Notes: generated by a model not told the origin, from the sequence alone. Positions 1 to 10,956 are shown, counted from the first letter of the stretch. The stretch: DNA of 64,000 nucleotides from Candidatus Levyibacteriota bacterium (GCA_016182185.1 JACOXU010000001.1:274915-338914), one strand, 5' to 3'. Numbers and translations: made by a program.

Positions 1-1297
1 CCTTTGCATTGAAATAATTTTGCTGAACAAAATACTGATTTAAGTAATATAAAAAATTAAACATAAAAAATAAAAAACAAAAAGAGTATATAAAATATTT
101 TATTTGTATATTTGATATTTTATATTTGATATTTGATATTTTTTGTAAAGCAAAAAGAATTCCTATTGCTGTAAAAATTTGAAATGTTGGTAGAAAGTTA
201 AGTGTTCTGACAGCATGTGGTACTCCGCTTGTGACAGAAGCAGGAATCGGTGCTATTAAAAACCAGGCTAAAACTAAGAACTTTGTCTTTTTATCAAAAT
301 TTCCGAAAATTAAGCAGTATATTCCAATCAAAAGAAAAGGTAATTCAAAAAGATACAAAAGTCCCATATTGGGTGCATGATGCCTCGCAATATCACCTGT
401 GATAAAAAGCCAATTTAGATCAAAATGCGAAACATATCCAGAAACTACTGATTTAGCAAAAGCAATTCGTCTATTATCAAATAACAATCCTAACGTATCA
501 TTATTTTTTTGATCTTCTATTAGTTTTTTGGCATTCTCTTCAAGAAGATTGGTAGTTTCTGAAAAAACACTAACCCCCTTGGCTCTTCCCAGCGCGTTTT
601 TATCAGTTATCGTATAAGACACAATCGGAATCGAAATTAATAATCCAGCTATTGCTGCCAGGAAAATATATTTTTTGGGTATTGAAAAAAGTTCTTTTCT
701 AAAGATTATAATCATGGCCAAAAGTAGAATTGGGGCAAAAACTTTTTCGCTTTGATAAATGTATAGATTTATTGCCATAAAAAATGCCGAAAATACTAGA
801 AACCACGGTTTTTTGAGACCCTTAATAAAAAACAGCACTGAAAAAACATTGAAAGAAAGACCCACGTTTGACTCGAATGCAATTCTTGAAAACTGGATAT
901 GCCAAGGCGAAATAGCAAGCAAGAATGAAGATAAAAGTGCAATTTCTTCTTTTCTGAACAATTCTTTAATTAAAAAATATATTGCAAAAACTGTCATAAC
1001 TCCAAATACTGCAGAAGGAAAACGAACTGAAAAAACAGTCAGATCAAATATTGCAATTGAAGGAATAGTAAAGTAGGTGTAAAATGCAGGCTTATAGTCG
1101 TCAAAGGAACGTAAAATAACAGGAAATAGTTTTCCATATTCATCGCGCCCAGTTTGCATAATTGAGTATGCATTATACCCAAGAGCTACTTCATCCCAAT
1201 CTGGAGATATTGGAACCTCCCCAAGCTTCCAAAGTCTTAGAATTGTAGCTAGAGCTATTATTCCGATTAATAAAATTAAAATAACCTTTTTATTCAT
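1..1297 (-). CDS. ArnT/PMT-like GT-C membrane glycosyltransferase, partial (runs off left edge)
   Basis: Not in the ORF track; translated by hand from ATG 1297: MNKKVILILLIGIIALATILRLWKLGEVPISPDWDEVALGYNAYSIMQTGRDEYG. Shares the DE..GYNAYSI..TG.DE.G motif with its neighbours; still in frame at 151. Confidence 0.88.
   Translation of the reverse strand, partial: MNKKVILILLIGIIALATILRLWKLGEVPISPDWDEVALGYNAYSIMQTGRDEYGKLFPVILRSFDDYKPAFYTYFTIPSIAIFDLTVFSVRFPSAVFGVMTVFAIYFLIKELFRKEEIALLSSFLLAISPWHIQFSRIAFESNVGLSFNVFSVLFFIKGLKKPWFLVFSAFFMAINLYIYQSEKVFAPILLLAMIIIFRKELFSIPKKYIFLAAIAGLLISIPIVSYTITDKNALGRAKGVSVFSETTNLLEENAKKLIEDQKNNDTLGLLFDNRRIAFAKSVVSGYVSHFDLNWLFITGDIARHHAPNMGLLYLFELPFLLIGIYCLIFGNFDKKTKFLVLAWFLIAPIPASVTSGVPHAVRTLNFLPTFQIFTAIGILFALQKISNIKYKISNIQIKYFIYSFCFLFFMFNFLYYLNQYFVQQNYFNAK
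108..142. repeat. Heptamer tandem array (ATATTTK)x5 inside CDS
   Basis: ATATTTG ATATTTT ATATTTG ATATTTG ATATTTT; encodes KISNIKYKISNI on the minus strand. Confidence 0.85.
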
Positions 1298-1315
1298 AAG
1301 TCATAAGGCTTACAC

Positions 1316-2989
1316 CTATCTTGTAAACGCCGCTAGAACAGGCTTACCATTCAACAAATAAAACGTTTTAAGCTGTTTAGATTTACTTGGAATTTTATCT
1401 GGCGTACTGATGAAAAGTATTTTTTTCTTATCATTATTTACCAAATCAAGTCTATCCATAAAACGGTATTTATCAAAGGAAAAAACATCAACAAAACCAT
1501 TTACATCTCTATTAATCTCTGCTGTTTCTCTAAACTTACTAGGATTGTAATTCGTGTAAAATAAGTAATATATGTACGGTCTTCCAAGTGAAGATATTAT
1601 TCTTACCTCATCATAGTTATCGTATTGCTGAGAAACGTAATGAATCGATTCCTTATATCCATACTGCCACTCACCAGAATAAATTCTTGGATAATGGACT
1701 ATATAATCACGGAAGAAATATAAAAAATTGAGAAATAATAGCGATAATAAGAGTAAAATTATAGCAATTCTATATTTTTTTACAAAACTTATTAAATTTA
1801 TAAAACCATAGGCAGTAATAATCTGAAAAGTTGGTAACGTCGCTTCAATTCGCAGAGCATGAGGAGTTTCCCGAGCCGTTCCTGCCGGAATTATTCCTAA
1901 AATCAGCCACAATGGAATAATCCACCAAAATCCTTCCTTTTTTTTTATCAGTAAAAATATTCCAGAAATTAAAAAGACTAAATCCCATAGATACATTTGA
2001 CCTACTGTTTGTGTGGAAAACTTGGGATTGCCATCGCCTTTTATGAAAAGAAAGTTAGGGTTTAAATTGTCAAAATAATGCTTAAGATATGAAACACCAT
2101 ATGCTAAGCGGCGATTATGAAGAATTTTTGACCAAAAGGAATTGTTGTCGTTTGCTATTTCTTGGTTTGTATTGGTAATAATTCCAATATCTGAGAAGAT
2201 GTTTACTTCCCTGAACCTAAGACTTGCTTGAGGAGAAAGTAAAAAATTGACTGATGGGATTATTAATAAAATGCCAAGAATAACTGCAAAAATAACTTGC
2301 TTCTTAATCTTGAATAACTCCTTTCGAAAACCTATTGCCAATGCCAAAATTAAAAGCGGGGAAACAATTCGTGCAGTGTTGAAAGTGTATAAAGAAATTG
2401 CAAGCGAGATTATTGAAAGGATAATAAACCATCTGCTTCCTTTAACCGCCCAGAGAAAAAAGATTACTCCCGCAATGATAAAAAACGTTGCGACATTTGC
2501 TTCAAAGGCGGCGCGGGAAAGCATAATATGCCAAGGACTGATTGCCAGAATTAAAGCTGAAAACAAAGCATATAACTCAGTATTTAGTATTTTGTATTTA
2601 GTATTTTGTATTTGTTTAGGATTTAAGATTTCGGATTCAGAATTTGTTTTGAATAGCGTTTTTACTAAAAAGTATGTCATCAATACAGTCAAAACTCCGA
2701 AAAAGGCAGATGGAAAGCGAACACTAAATTCCGAAAGACCAAAAATTTTCACAGGAATTATAGCAAGATATGCATAAACCGGAGGTTTAAAATCGCCAAA
2801 TGACTCCAGATAATCCAAGGGCAAAAATCTTCCGAATTCATCTCGGGCTTCTTTGCCCAGCGAATAAGCATTATATCCCCACGCTGCCTCATCCCAGGTT
2901 AGAGATGGCGGGTTCTGTCCCAGCTGATAAAACCGTAAAAAAGAAGCAATTAATAATATAAAAAATAGAAATATGTAAATTTTTTTCAT
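1316..2989 (-). CDS. ArnT/PMT-like GT-C membrane glycosyltransferase
   Basis: 557 aa, multi-TM; WDEAAWGYNAYSL after TM1, RFPSA, AISPWH...SRAAFE. Confidence 0.88.
   Translation of the reverse strand: MKKIYIFLFFILLIASFLRFYQLGQNPPSLTWDEAAWGYNAYSLGKEARDEFGRFLPLDYLESFGDFKPPVYAYLAIIPVKIFGLSEFSVRFPSAFFGVLTVLMTYFLVKTLFKTNSESEILNPKQIQNTKYKILNTELYALFSALILAISPWHIMLSRAAFEANVATFFIIAGVIFFLWAVKGSRWFIILSIISLAISLYTFNTARIVSPLLILALAIGFRKELFKIKKQVIFAVILGILLIIPSVNFLLSPQASLRFREVNIFSDIGIITNTNQEIANDNNSFWSKILHNRRLAYGVSYLKHYFDNLNPNFLFIKGDGNPKFSTQTVGQMYLWDLVFLISGIFLLIKKKEGFWWIIPLWLILGIIPAGTARETPHALRIEATLPTFQIITAYGFINLISFVKKYRIAIILLLLSLLFLNFLYFFRDYIVHYPRIYSGEWQYGYKESIHYVSQQYDNYDEVRIISSLGRPYIYYLFYTNYNPSKFRETAEINRDVNGFVDVFSFDKYRFMDRLDLVNNDKKKILFISTPDKIPSKSKQLKTFYLLNGKPVLAAFTR
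2581..2646. repeat. Compound heptamer tandem array inside CDS
   Basis: TATTTAG TATTTTG TATTTAG TATTTTG TATTTG TTTAG GATTTAA GATTTCG GATTCAG AATTTG; encodes NSESEILNPKQIQNTKYKILNT. Confidence 0.85.
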
Positions 2990-4650
2990 GATATAAGTTT
3001 TACAATATAATAAACAGATTTTGAATAAACTCCGTCAATCTTTTTCAAAACTTCAAACTTGTATTGTCTTTTTTCAGATTGAATTAAATTATTTTGAGAA
3101 TTAAAATCCTCAGAAGACAAAATAAATATTGTATTTCCCTTTATATATGATGACAAATCTGAAGTTGCAAAATTTATTCCCTCTCCCCTATCCCACTGTG
3201 AAATGCCAAAATGAATATTTTCAAATCCATCAATACTTCCACTTTTCTGGTATAAAGATGGCTGGTATTTAAGATAAAACAGCATATAAATATAAGGGCG
3301 CCAAAAGTAGCCTGTCACATAAATGTTATCGTACTTACTTTTATTTTCTTTTACAAACTGTGCCATTTGTTTATGCCCGTCGCCCCAAACTAGAGATGTA
3401 TGATATGGCTGATAATCAAAGTAAAGAACCAGAAAACGGATGAAAAAGAAGATAAAAACAATTACAAATAGGCTCAAATAAAATTTAAAAAATCTATTTT
3501 TTTTCAAAATATTATATAAATAATAAATTCCCATTGCTGAAAACAGAACTACGACAGGAACGTTAGGCAAAGTTCTGAATGGATTAGGCTGCTGCGTTGT
3601 AAGCCCTCCTACGATTGGGACTGCGAAAAACCAAGCAATAAAAATCCATTTCCATTTTTCTTTTATTCTAAATAAGAAATAGATTCCCAGAAGCACAAGG
3701 GGAGCTTCCCAAAGATACATAAGACCCATGGGTCCTGTACCAGTGGCAAAATAAAAATCCGGAGCCAAATTCTTAAGATAATTTTCTGAAAATTGCTGGA
3801 GATAGGCAATGCGCCTGTTATATATAATCTTTGAAAGTAAAGAATTATTATTTCTTAAAATTGCCTGTGAGTATGGATTAGTATAACTTTTATCCTCAAG
3901 AATGCTGACTGTATTTACTCTCGTTAAACCAACAGGATTAAGAATATTGAAAAGAATAGGAATAGAAAATATAACTCCCAGAATAATACCTGCTGTCACC
4001 CATTTCTTAATTTTTAAAAATCTGTCTTTATAGATAAGAAAGAAAACCAAAAAAACAATTGGGATTAAAATTCTTGAAGTATAGTAAAAATAAAACGAAA
4101 TAACTGCTGACATTACAGAAGCTATAAAGAAAGATGGATTTTTAAATGTTTTAACAAGAAGCAAAATTGAAAGTACAATAAAAAAGAGGCTTCCATTTGT
4201 TTCAAATGCTGCTCTTGAAAAATTAATATGCCAGGGAGATATAGCCAGAAGTAGAGCCGCTACTTCTGGAATTTCTAATTTCCAATTTTTAATTTCTAAT
4301 TTAAGGTTTGTATTACGAAATAATTCTTTGAGTAGAAAATAAAAAGCGATAATCGTGAGAACTCCAAGAAAGGCGGAGGGAAACCGAACACCAAATTCAT
4401 TAAGGCCGAATATTTTCTCGGAAATCGCAACTGAATAAATCATTCCTGGAAGCTTTGAATCATCAAAAGAACGAAAGAAAATCGGCCAAGGATTGCCGTA
4501 TTCATCTTTTCCCGTAGTCAATATTGAGTAGGCATTATAACCTATGGCAGCCTCATCATGTGAAACACCGGGAGGAATCTGACCTAAATCCCAAAACCGC
4601 AAAATAATACCTATAAAAATAATAACAGTCAGAAATATATATTTTTTCAT
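2986..4650 (-). CDS. ArnT/PMT-like GT-C membrane glycosyltransferase
   Basis: 554 aa; HDEAAIGYNAYSILTTGKDEYG, AISPWHINFSRAAFE; 4-bp overlap with the next gene. Confidence 0.88.
   Translation of the reverse strand: MKKYIFLTVIIFIGIILRFWDLGQIPPGVSHDEAAIGYNAYSILTTGKDEYGNPWPIFFRSFDDSKLPGMIYSVAISEKIFGLNEFGVRFPSAFLGVLTIIAFYFLLKELFRNTNLKLEIKNWKLEIPEVAALLLAISPWHINFSRAAFETNGSLFFIVLSILLLVKTFKNPSFFIASVMSAVISFYFYYTSRILIPIVFLVFFLIYKDRFLKIKKWVTAGIILGVIFSIPILFNILNPVGLTRVNTVSILEDKSYTNPYSQAILRNNNSLLSKIIYNRRIAYLQQFSENYLKNLAPDFYFATGTGPMGLMYLWEAPLVLLGIYFLFRIKEKWKWIFIAWFFAVPIVGGLTTQQPNPFRTLPNVPVVVLFSAMGIYYLYNILKKNRFFKFYLSLFVIVFIFFFIRFLVLYFDYQPYHTSLVWGDGHKQMAQFVKENKSKYDNIYVTGYFWRPYIYMLFYLKYQPSLYQKSGSIDGFENIHFGISQWDRGEGINFATSDLSSYIKGNTIFILSSEDFNSQNNLIQSEKRQYKFEVLKKIDGVYSKSVYYIVKLIS
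4270..4304. repeat. Heptamer tandem array (AATTTNN)x5 inside CDS
   Basis: AATTTCT AATTTCC AATTTTT AATTTCT AATTTAA; encodes LKLEIKNWKLEI. Confidence 0.8.
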
Positions 4651-4660
4651 AAGCTTTCCT

Positions 4661-6331
4661 CTATTTTACCTTAAGAACCGAAAAAACATCTGAATTGTCA
4701 CCCCTTTTAATTTTTTTAAGTAATTTGAAACTATCTATATCTTTGCAAAGGAAACTGTTTACGTATAGAACATTTGTTTCTCCAACAAGAACCTTGCTAT
4801 CATTTTTCTTTTCTATTCTCAAAGGACATTCGTCTTGAGAGAAAACGTATTTTCCAAATCCAATTCTATCAAAATCATTAATCTTGGGGTTTCTTGTTTC
4901 CTCTTGAAAGGCAATAGGATCGTATTTGCTGTAAAACAAGAAAAAAATAGCCGGAGCTGATTCTCTGTCCGTAATTACTGCCCTTTTGTAGGTAGGTAAA
5001 AGATTATTTACGACAGCAACTAGCTCCTTATACCCATCTTGCCTATACCATGGTCTATAGTGACTAAGATGGACATAATACTGATGTAAATAGCTCAGAA
5101 GCCCAAAAAGAAAAAATATAAAAATAATCACTATTAAAAAAAGCGAAAAAAATGTTTGCTTTTTAAGTAATGAGTATAGAGAAAAAAATCCATAAGCACT
5201 TATAATTGAAAGAGCGGGAAAGAAAATTAAGGTTCTTTGTACATTGGGAACATCATCCGAAGTAAGCGCGCTTCCAACAGGAACAAGAAAAATCCATCCA
5301 AGCAAAAAGACACCCTTTCTAAAATTGTTTTTAAGAAGCATCCATATTCCGAATAGTAAAAACGGCAATTCTATTAAATAGATTGGACTTATCTGAGGAA
5401 CTCTATACCTATCAGGGAGGCCTTGGTCTTCGAAAAGAAAGTCAAAGGAAAAGTGAGCGAAATAATTTTGGAAAAATTGAGAGGTATAACCTATAACTTT
5501 ATTATGAAAAGTACGAGAAAGAAATATCGGAACATTCGAAACACCATCTTCTCTGATCTGCTGATTTACTTCAAGTTGTGTTTGACTGCTTGAAAAAATA
5601 CTTACAGTTTTTATTCGTAAAGTCAAACTATCTGAAGAAAGAATCAGAAAAACCGGAATAATTATAGTTAATATAAACAGAAAAATTGAAGTTTTGAATC
5701 TCTTAAGCTCTAATTTGGACCAAAATGAAATAATAAATAATAATGGTATGAAAAAAGGAAGAAAAGCTCTAGGCGCCTGGTAAAAAAAGAGCGTTAGGCT
5801 GAAAATTAAAAAGGAGGCTATTAATAAAATTAAATTCTTTTTTCTGACCCATAAAAAAAATAAAAGTGTTGTAACTGAAATCAAAAAAACAACAATTGTA
5901 TTTTCTGTCGCAGTTCTTGCCAGATTTATATTCCAGGGAGAAACTGCAATAAATAAAGAGGCAAGGAGTCCAATTTCGGATTTGTGTTTTTTCTCTCGAA
6001 AAATTTCCATCGTAAGGAAATAAGTTATCAAAATAGTCAGACTTCCAAAAAGAGCAGAGGCAAAACGCACAGAAAAAACCGATAATCCAAATAAATATAT
6101 AAATGGAATTGACAAGTAAGAATATCCCGCAGGGCTATATAGAAATGATTTGAGATGTAAAGGTAGAAAATTTCCCGTAATATCTTTACCCGTTAAAAGA
6201 ATTGAGTAGGCATTATAGCCTAGAAATGCTTCATCCCTATGAAGTCCAACAGGAATTTCTCCAAGCCTATAAAGCCTCAGCACTAATCCCAGAATGAAGA
6301 TTAAAACTAGAAAGAAAATATATTTTTTCAA
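4661..6331 (-). CDS. ArnT/PMT-like GT-C membrane glycosyltransferase
   Basis: 556 aa; RDEAFLGYNAYSILLTGKD, AVSPW; paralog of adjacent genes. Confidence 0.88.
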   Translation of the reverse strand: MKKYIFFLVLIFILGLVLRLYRLGEIPVGLHRDEAFLGYNAYSILLTGKDITGNFLPLHLKSFLYSPAGYSYLSIPFIYLFGLSVFSVRFASALFGSLTILITYFLTMEIFREKKHKSEIGLLASLFIAVSPWNINLARTATENTIVVFLISVTTLLFFLWVRKKNLILLIASFLIFSLTLFFYQAPRAFLPFFIPLLFIISFWSKLELKRFKTSIFLFILTIIIPVFLILSSDSLTLRIKTVSIFSSSQTQLEVNQQIREDGVSNVPIFLSRTFHNKVIGYTSQFFQNYFAHFSFDFLFEDQGLPDRYRVPQISPIYLIELPFLLFGIWMLLKNNFRKGVFLLGWIFLVPVGSALTSDDVPNVQRTLIFFPALSIISAYGFFSLYSLLKKQTFFSLFLIVIIFIFFLFGLLSYLHQYYVHLSHYRPWYRQDGYKELVAVVNNLLPTYKRAVITDRESAPAIFFLFYSKYDPIAFQEETRNPKINDFDRIGFGKYVFSQDECPLRIEKKNDSKVLVGETNVLYVNSFLCKDIDSFKLLKKIKRGDNSDVFSVLKVK

Positions 6332-7965
6332 ATTTTTTGGATATACGTATTTATTCTTTCTCTAAATATAAATATTAAACCTACTATTACTATTCCTATT
6401 AAACTGACATAATCTGCAAAGAGTCTTATTGGAGATTCTCCGAATTCAACTTTTACAAAGTGGTGTCCTCTTGGAACATTGAAAGTAATTAATCCTCTAT
6501 AATTAATATCTTGAAATTCAATGGGCACTTTTTTATTATCTACAAAAACTCTCCATCCCGGAAAATATACGGTACTATCAAGAATTTCAAGATTTTTTTC
6601 CGCTTGAACCTCAAAACTATGAAAATTGGATTTTCTGAATACATTATAAACTCTTCCTTTGCCTGATACTATCGTAATTGGAGCCTTTGGGTATGATGAT
6701 GCGTCTCCTGCAACCCAAATTGTTGTTGCCTCACTGTGATATGCAGCAGTGCCTGGGTAATTAAAATAATAACTATCAAGCCTGTCTTGATATGCAGCTA
6801 CCTTTGCCATGGGAATAGACAGGATAAATAAGAAAAGCAAAACAGTGAGTATTAATATTTTATTTTTAACTTTGGTAAAAAAGTAACCAGTAAGAACAGC
6901 AGTTGCAAAACTTGATATAGCAGTGAAACGCCAGGGAAACTGAAATTGCTGCAGGGTATGAATGTTTTTCCACAAAAATTCTGATAGCGGAGTCGAAAGA
7001 AATATAGCAAGTGATAAAATAACAAACCAGTATCCTACATGCAATTTATCTTTTATTTTTTTTCTGAGAAATAGTAAAAAGACTAATACTGAAAAAATCA
7101 TATGCAAAGGCCCTATTTGAGCAGATAAACCTCCTTGTGTATTAATATTACTTCCGAACCCCCAGCTTGAGTAGATTAATCCCTCAAATTTCAAAAAATG
7201 TTCTTTATACCACTCGCCAATCAGTAGTTTGCTGTTTATATATTTTGCCTCTATCAATGCAGGCAGCCAGAAATAAACTGTGATTATTAATCCGATTAAT
7301 AAGATGCTTGTATTCGCAAGTATTAACTTTTTATCTCTTAAGCTTTTAACTACAATGTATCCAAAAATAATAATTGAAAAAGAAAAGCTTAAAATATTAT
7401 GAGAAAGAATCAAAAATGCGTAAGATAATCCACCAATTAGAATATTGCCAACTGAAATTTTATGGCCGTTTTTTTCGATCGCGTATAGTATAAGAGGTGG
7501 AAAGATAAAAGCCAATGATTCTGCCAAATGTCCTCTGACAAATACGTCTAAAAAACTATATGGAGCAAGTCCATAAAATAAAGAAGAAACCAGAGCTGCC
7601 CACTCTTTAAAAATTTGCTTTGCCCATAGATAAAAGGACAAAGGTGCCAAAATAAATGTTGCTCCCATTAATATTTTATAACTGTCTTGCAGATTAAATC
7701 CGAAAAAGTGAATAATACCTGTGATGTAATTACTTAAAGAATAAAAAAATATCAGTCCGGGGTTCCCATAACCATAATTCAAACCTCCTGCCCATCGCGC
7801 GGGAAACTGTCCATCTGATACAGCTTTTATACTCGCGGCAATTCTGGCAATTTGAGGAATACCATCATGAGATGTATACAATCCAGGTTGCATAATTGGT
7901 AAAAGATACAAGGAGGAAACGATAATGATAAAAAAAGGAAATAACCAAATTGATAATTTTTTCAT
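6328..7965 (-). CDS. GT-C membrane protein of the 'PTPS-related' family with YfhO-like C-terminus
   Basis: 545 aa; SHDG..QIARI, GQFPARWAGGLNYGYG, QFQFPWRF, YFPGW. Confidence 0.8.
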   Translation of the reverse strand: MKKLSIWLFPFFIIIVSSLYLLPIMQPGLYTSHDGIPQIARIAASIKAVSDGQFPARWAGGLNYGYGNPGLIFFYSLSNYITGIIHFFGFNLQDSYKILMGATFILAPLSFYLWAKQIFKEWAALVSSLFYGLAPYSFLDVFVRGHLAESLAFIFPPLILYAIEKNGHKISVGNILIGGLSYAFLILSHNILSFSFSIIIFGYIVVKSLRDKKLILANTSILLIGLIITVYFWLPALIEAKYINSKLLIGEWYKEHFLKFEGLIYSSWGFGSNINTQGGLSAQIGPLHMIFSVLVFLLFLRKKIKDKLHVGYWFVILSLAIFLSTPLSEFLWKNIHTLQQFQFPWRFTAISSFATAVLTGYFFTKVKNKILILTVLLFLFILSIPMAKVAAYQDRLDSYYFNYPGTAAYHSEATTIWVAGDASSYPKAPITIVSGKGRVYNVFRKSNFHSFEVQAEKNLEILDSTVYFPGWRVFVDNKKVPIEFQDINYRGLITFNVPRGHHFVKVEFGESPIRLFADYVSLIGIVIVGLIFIFRERINTYIQKI

Positions 7966-8036
7966 TTACAAATGCCAGCAACTTTGAATTTAGGATTATT
8001 ATAACCCATCATAAGATACTTATGCTTTCTAAATAG

Positions 8037-9740
8037 TTATTTTATGTAGTTTTTTTGAAGCAAAATTTTTACAACCTGATCGACGCTATCTTTGCGAATG
8101 TACAGTATGTCTGCTAAATTACCGGGATATAACCGATCAGGAAAAAAATAAATTAAATCACCTCTCTTTTTAACATCGGACAACTTTATATAATTCTGGT
8201 TTAAAAAATCTAGAAAAAAATCACTATATGTATAAGCTTTGTACGTAATGTAGGTAAAATCTTTATCAAATAATATTACTTTTGGCATATTCGTATTAAA
8301 ATCCGAAAGCATCTCGTTTCTCATTTTTTCAGACAAACCAATTCCTCTTATTAGGATATGGTATTTGGACGGGATTTTACGATTAAGATGAAATAATTCT
8401 TCGAATTCAAAAGGCCCTATCCAGGCATAATCGTCTTTGTCTGTAACCGTCTCAATAAGAGGTGTAAATCTAGGTCGATCGTAAATAAGAGGCATTTTAC
8501 CCATATATTTGGGAAACACTTTTTCATTAAATTTTCTAACTATAAATAATAAGGAAAAAACAAAATAGAATGAGGTCAGTAAGAGTAAAACAGAAAATAT
8601 GATTTTCTTACTTAAATCATTAATTTTATTAATATCCAAATACAAATTTGGCAGTACGAAAAAAATATTTAAAAATGAAAGATAAATGTATACTGCGGAC
8701 TGATAATCTGTTTCTCTTGAGGTAAGAGGATTGCTTCTGACATTTGAATAAACAAGGATCAAAAGAATAAGGATCGTCAATTTGTATTGTTTTTTAAAAA
8801 TTAAATAAAGTAGCAGTACTGTATTGCCGACTGCCATAGTCACATTCAAAGGATTACCAAAATTAAATTGATTAAACCCGGCAAGCAACGCATGAAAATT
8901 ATTGTAAAAATCATTAAATATTAATATTGCGTAACGAACTGGATTGATATTGCTTGAAATATCCCGTGGATAATTGTAGATATAATATCTTACATTAAAG
9001 GTGAAGTTTTGAAAATAATAATCCCCGAAACTTTTCGTTAATATCAGGTAAAAAATAAATAAAGCATGAGGAATTGCAAAAATAAGAATTGGCAATATAA
9101 ATTTTTTTGAAATCATAAATTTTATAGATTTAATTTGTTGTTGATAAACCAGATACATAACCGCTGGAAAGATTATCAAATATAAATAAGTATAAGTAAG
9201 AGAAGAGTAAAGTCCTATTGCGAAGAGAGAAGCAATAATTATAATATCTGCGGTGCTCAGTAATTTTTTATAAAAAACCTTAAAGACGATGAGGATATAA
9301 ACAGGCAAATAAACAAAAGCCGCAATATTATCTGCCAATAGCATATGGCTCCAATAATATGTAGCCAAAAAACCGATAAAAATTATAAAAAGTAAATAAA
9401 TTTTTCTTATTTGTTCTCCTAAAGATTTTCGAAGAAGATAATATGTAAAAATAAACCATCCTATCAGGAAAAGAGAGTATAGGATCCGAAATCTCACAAA
9501 TGACTGACCTGAGAAAATTTCAACAAGTGCCGCTATAAAATAGGGTATTGGACCGTGATGAGTAAAGAAACCTGTAAATGGAAGTTTTCCTTGCAGTATA
9601 AACCAGCCGCCAAGAATATTGTCAAATTCGTCCGGATAGCTTTCGTGAAAGGTATTCGCTAAAAACAAAAAAATTATAAAAACTCCAAAAAGTGCCTGCT
9701 GGAAAAAATTTCTATTCAATAATTTAATAATTCTTTTCAT
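8037..9740 (-). CDS. Putative GT-C membrane glycosyltransferase
   Basis: 567 aa, multi-TM; YPDE after TM1 followed by G.LPF..FF.HHGP, typical of a GT-C first loop. Confidence 0.7.
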   Translation of the reverse strand: MKRIIKLLNRNFFQQALFGVFIIFLFLANTFHESYPDEFDNILGGWFILQGKLPFTGFFTHHGPIPYFIAALVEIFSGQSFVRFRILYSLFLIGWFIFTYYLLRKSLGEQIRKIYLLFIIFIGFLATYYWSHMLLADNIAAFVYLPVYILIVFKVFYKKLLSTADIIIIASLFAIGLYSSLTYTYLYLIIFPAVMYLVYQQQIKSIKFMISKKFILPILIFAIPHALFIFYLILTKSFGDYYFQNFTFNVRYYIYNYPRDISSNINPVRYAILIFNDFYNNFHALLAGFNQFNFGNPLNVTMAVGNTVLLLYLIFKKQYKLTILILLILVYSNVRSNPLTSRETDYQSAVYIYLSFLNIFFVLPNLYLDINKINDLSKKIIFSVLLLLTSFYFVFSLLFIVRKFNEKVFPKYMGKMPLIYDRPRFTPLIETVTDKDDYAWIGPFEFEELFHLNRKIPSKYHILIRGIGLSEKMRNEMLSDFNTNMPKVILFDKDFTYITYKAYTYSDFFLDFLNQNYIKLSDVKKRGDLIYFFPDRLYPGNLADILYIRKDSVDQVVKILLQKNYIK

Positions 9741-10956
9741 TTGGCCAAAAATAAGCTGTTATAAATACCATCGACAGATACCCCAGATGACTATTGTTTA
9801 AGTATCTTGAAAAATACCAGAAGACAATAAGAAATATTCCATATGCTAATAAAAGTTTTTGAATAGTATTTTCTTTTCTCTGCCATTTTATCAAAAATAT
9901 AATTAGAGGTAATCCAACAGCAACTTGCCAAATCCAAAAGGGATAATAAGAGTAAACATCTGAAATTATGCCGAATTCTTTCAATACTGATCCAAAACCA
10001 TATCCTGATATCGGATAGCTATGGAGAGTATTTCCGGAAAGATAAAAAATAGTACTATCAAGATAGGCTCCCGGGTTCCAGAAAAAAAAGGGCAATACTA
10101 CTGTGGAAAAAGTGATTGCAAAAGGAATAATTTTAATAACTGTTTTTTTGAAATTTTTATTTTTGAAATAAAAGTAGGCAAAGTAAAAAGGGAAAATAGG
10201 CCAAACTGATTGCTTAACTGCAAAAGCAAGAGCTAACAAAATTCCTGCAAGTAAATCTTTCTTTTTATAAAATAAATATAAACCTGCAAGTAAAAACGAG
10301 AACATAAAAATATCATCTCTGCCTTCCAAAAAGTAGCCAAGTGTTGCGGGATTAAATGAAAGTAGTATTAAGAATTGCCGTTTTTTATCCTCATCTTTTA
10401 CCAGTCTTCCTGCTGTAATAAGCATTACAAAAAATAAGAATAAAAGCGGAATTCTCGCATCAAAAAAACCAGGATATCCATGTGCGGTAGCTAAATAAAA
10501 CGGTATAGCAAATAATATATAAAACGGTGGCGTGACAAAATGATAAAGAGCAGGGTTTATCTCCTTATCGGAATAGTTCCATCTTTCAAGCGGAGTTCCA
10601 AAGTATGTGGTTGCGTACGGATTTTTTCCATGCAAAAGGAAACGAATAGCTGATTCCTGCTGAAGTGGCATATCATGAATGCCATATTCAGGAACAGTCT
10701 GATGCCGGACAACAATTGCTGAATAAAAAGCACTTCCTATAATAGTAATTATCAAAATCCACAGTAAGCTATGCTTAATAATATTTAGAATCTTTTCTCT
10801 TAGATTGATTAAGTCAAAAATAATATATAACAAAAGCCCAAAAAAAATTAATCCGAATAACCAGTAAGGGGTGCCTCCGGGGCTTATTCTGTAAGTCATT
10901 ATAAATGGAATAACAAGAGCAAAAAGCAAAATGCTGTCAAGTTTTATATTTTTCAT
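9724..10956 (-). CDS. GT87-like GT-C membrane glycosyltransferase
   Basis: 410 aa; IHD, GKNPY, FNP...EGRDD, AFAVKQ. Confidence 0.72.
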   Translation of the reverse strand: MKNIKLDSILLFALVIPFIMTYRISPGGTPYWLFGLIFFGLLLYIIFDLINLREKILNIIKHSLLWILIITIIGSAFYSAIVVRHQTVPEYGIHDMPLQQESAIRFLLHGKNPYATTYFGTPLERWNYSDKEINPALYHFVTPPFYILFAIPFYLATAHGYPGFFDARIPLLFLFFVMLITAGRLVKDEDKKRQFLILLSFNPATLGYFLEGRDDIFMFSFLLAGLYLFYKKKDLLAGILLALAFAVKQSVWPIFPFYFAYFYFKNKNFKKTVIKIIPFAITFSTVVLPFFFWNPGAYLDSTIFYLSGNTLHSYPISGYGFGSVLKEFGIISDVYSYYPFWIWQVAVGLPLIIFLIKWQRKENTIQKLLLAYGIFLIVFWYFSRYLNNSHLGYLSMVFITAYFWPNEKNY

